A program made the position numbers and the translations under genes. This document shows, one piece after another, positions 16,363-16,825 of a DNA stretch of 16,825 bases. Position 1 is the first letter of the stretch. Every line of letters begins with the position of its first letter. A model generated the notes under the pieces. It did not search any database. It was given only the letters and a program-made list of their open reading frames with translations, and was not told where the DNA came from. The stretch comes from Chlamydiales bacterium. GTDB lineage: Bacteria; Chlamydiota; Chlamydiia; Chlamydiales; JAAZZY01. Location of the stretch: positions 1-16,825 of the forward strand of contig CBDBKM010000009.1 of NCBI GenBank assembly GCA_965206695.1. The letters run 5' to 3'.

Positions 16363-16825
16363 GCTCAGATACCGGAATATCATGTTCTTCAGCAGGGATA
16401 TGTTCATTTTTGGAAATTAGCTGTTCTTTATAACCAATGCCATAAGTTGGACAGTCTATTAGATTAATAAGAAAACGATCATAATATCCCTTTCCATAAC
16501 CCACTCGATGTTTTTTGTGATCAAATGCAAGACCGGGAATAAGAGCGATAGAAATTTCATCAATAGGTATCTGTTTACATAATGAAGGATTCGGTTCAAA
16601 AATTTTAAAAAGTGATATTTGCAAGTCTTCGTGTAAATCTGAAACAGAATAAATCTCTAAATATGTTCCATTTACCTTAGGTAATAAGAGCTTGTTATTT
16701 TTACAAAGCCAAAAATTCAAAGAAGATAAGTCAATTTCTTTTTGAAAAGGAGCAAAAGAAAGAACATGAGGAAAGTCATTAAATTTGGTGGTTAGCGTCT
16801 TATAAGCATTCTCAGATGCTTCTTG
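16349..16825 (-). CDS. ygfA: 5-formyltetrahydrofolate cyclo-ligase (5' end outside window)
   Basis: LIPGLAFD..KHRVGYGKGYYDRFL and EEHDIPV. The frame stays open to the window end (QEASENAYK...VLSFAPFQKEIDL). Confidence 0.94.
   Translation of the reverse strand, partial: QEASENAYKTLTTKFNDFPHVLSFAPFQKEIDLSSLNFWLCKNNKLLLPKVNGTYLEIYSVSDLHEDLQISLFKIFEPNPSLCKQIPIDEISIALIPGLAFDHKKHRVGYGKGYYDRFLINLIDCPTYGIGYKEQLISKNEHIPAEEHDIPVSELILF

Overview
AT-rich (about one-third GC) chromosomal window from an environmental member of the Chlamydiae, judged by the CT582/ParA-CT583/pGP6-D-CT584 cluster and the glmU-like-ispA pair. Housekeeping genes are parA-like, purB, a YkgJ-family gene, a phospho-sugar mutase, ung, glmU-like, ispA, recA, ygfA and tRNA-Pro(GGG). 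Accessory genes are a secreted NlpC/P60 peptidase, a frameshifted Inc-like protein and an MlaF-MlaE fusion. Several intergenic gaps hold eroded remnants that the ORF track misses or shows only in pieces: nitronate monooxygenase, IS5/IS1182, IS630, IS605 tnpB, IS701 and a phage-like HTH gene. The window appears to contain the replication origin: a cluster of variant DnaA boxes at about 11.05-11.28 kb, a C>G to G>C skew switch there, and a perfect parS palindrome 4.8 kb away. The most striking signal is a roughly 5-fold excess of CCGG with loss of CCAG/CTGG at synonymous sites, which suggests an HpaII-like methylation plus Vsr-like repair system encoded elsewhere. All family calls come from recognising motifs by eye, and all counts are hand counts.
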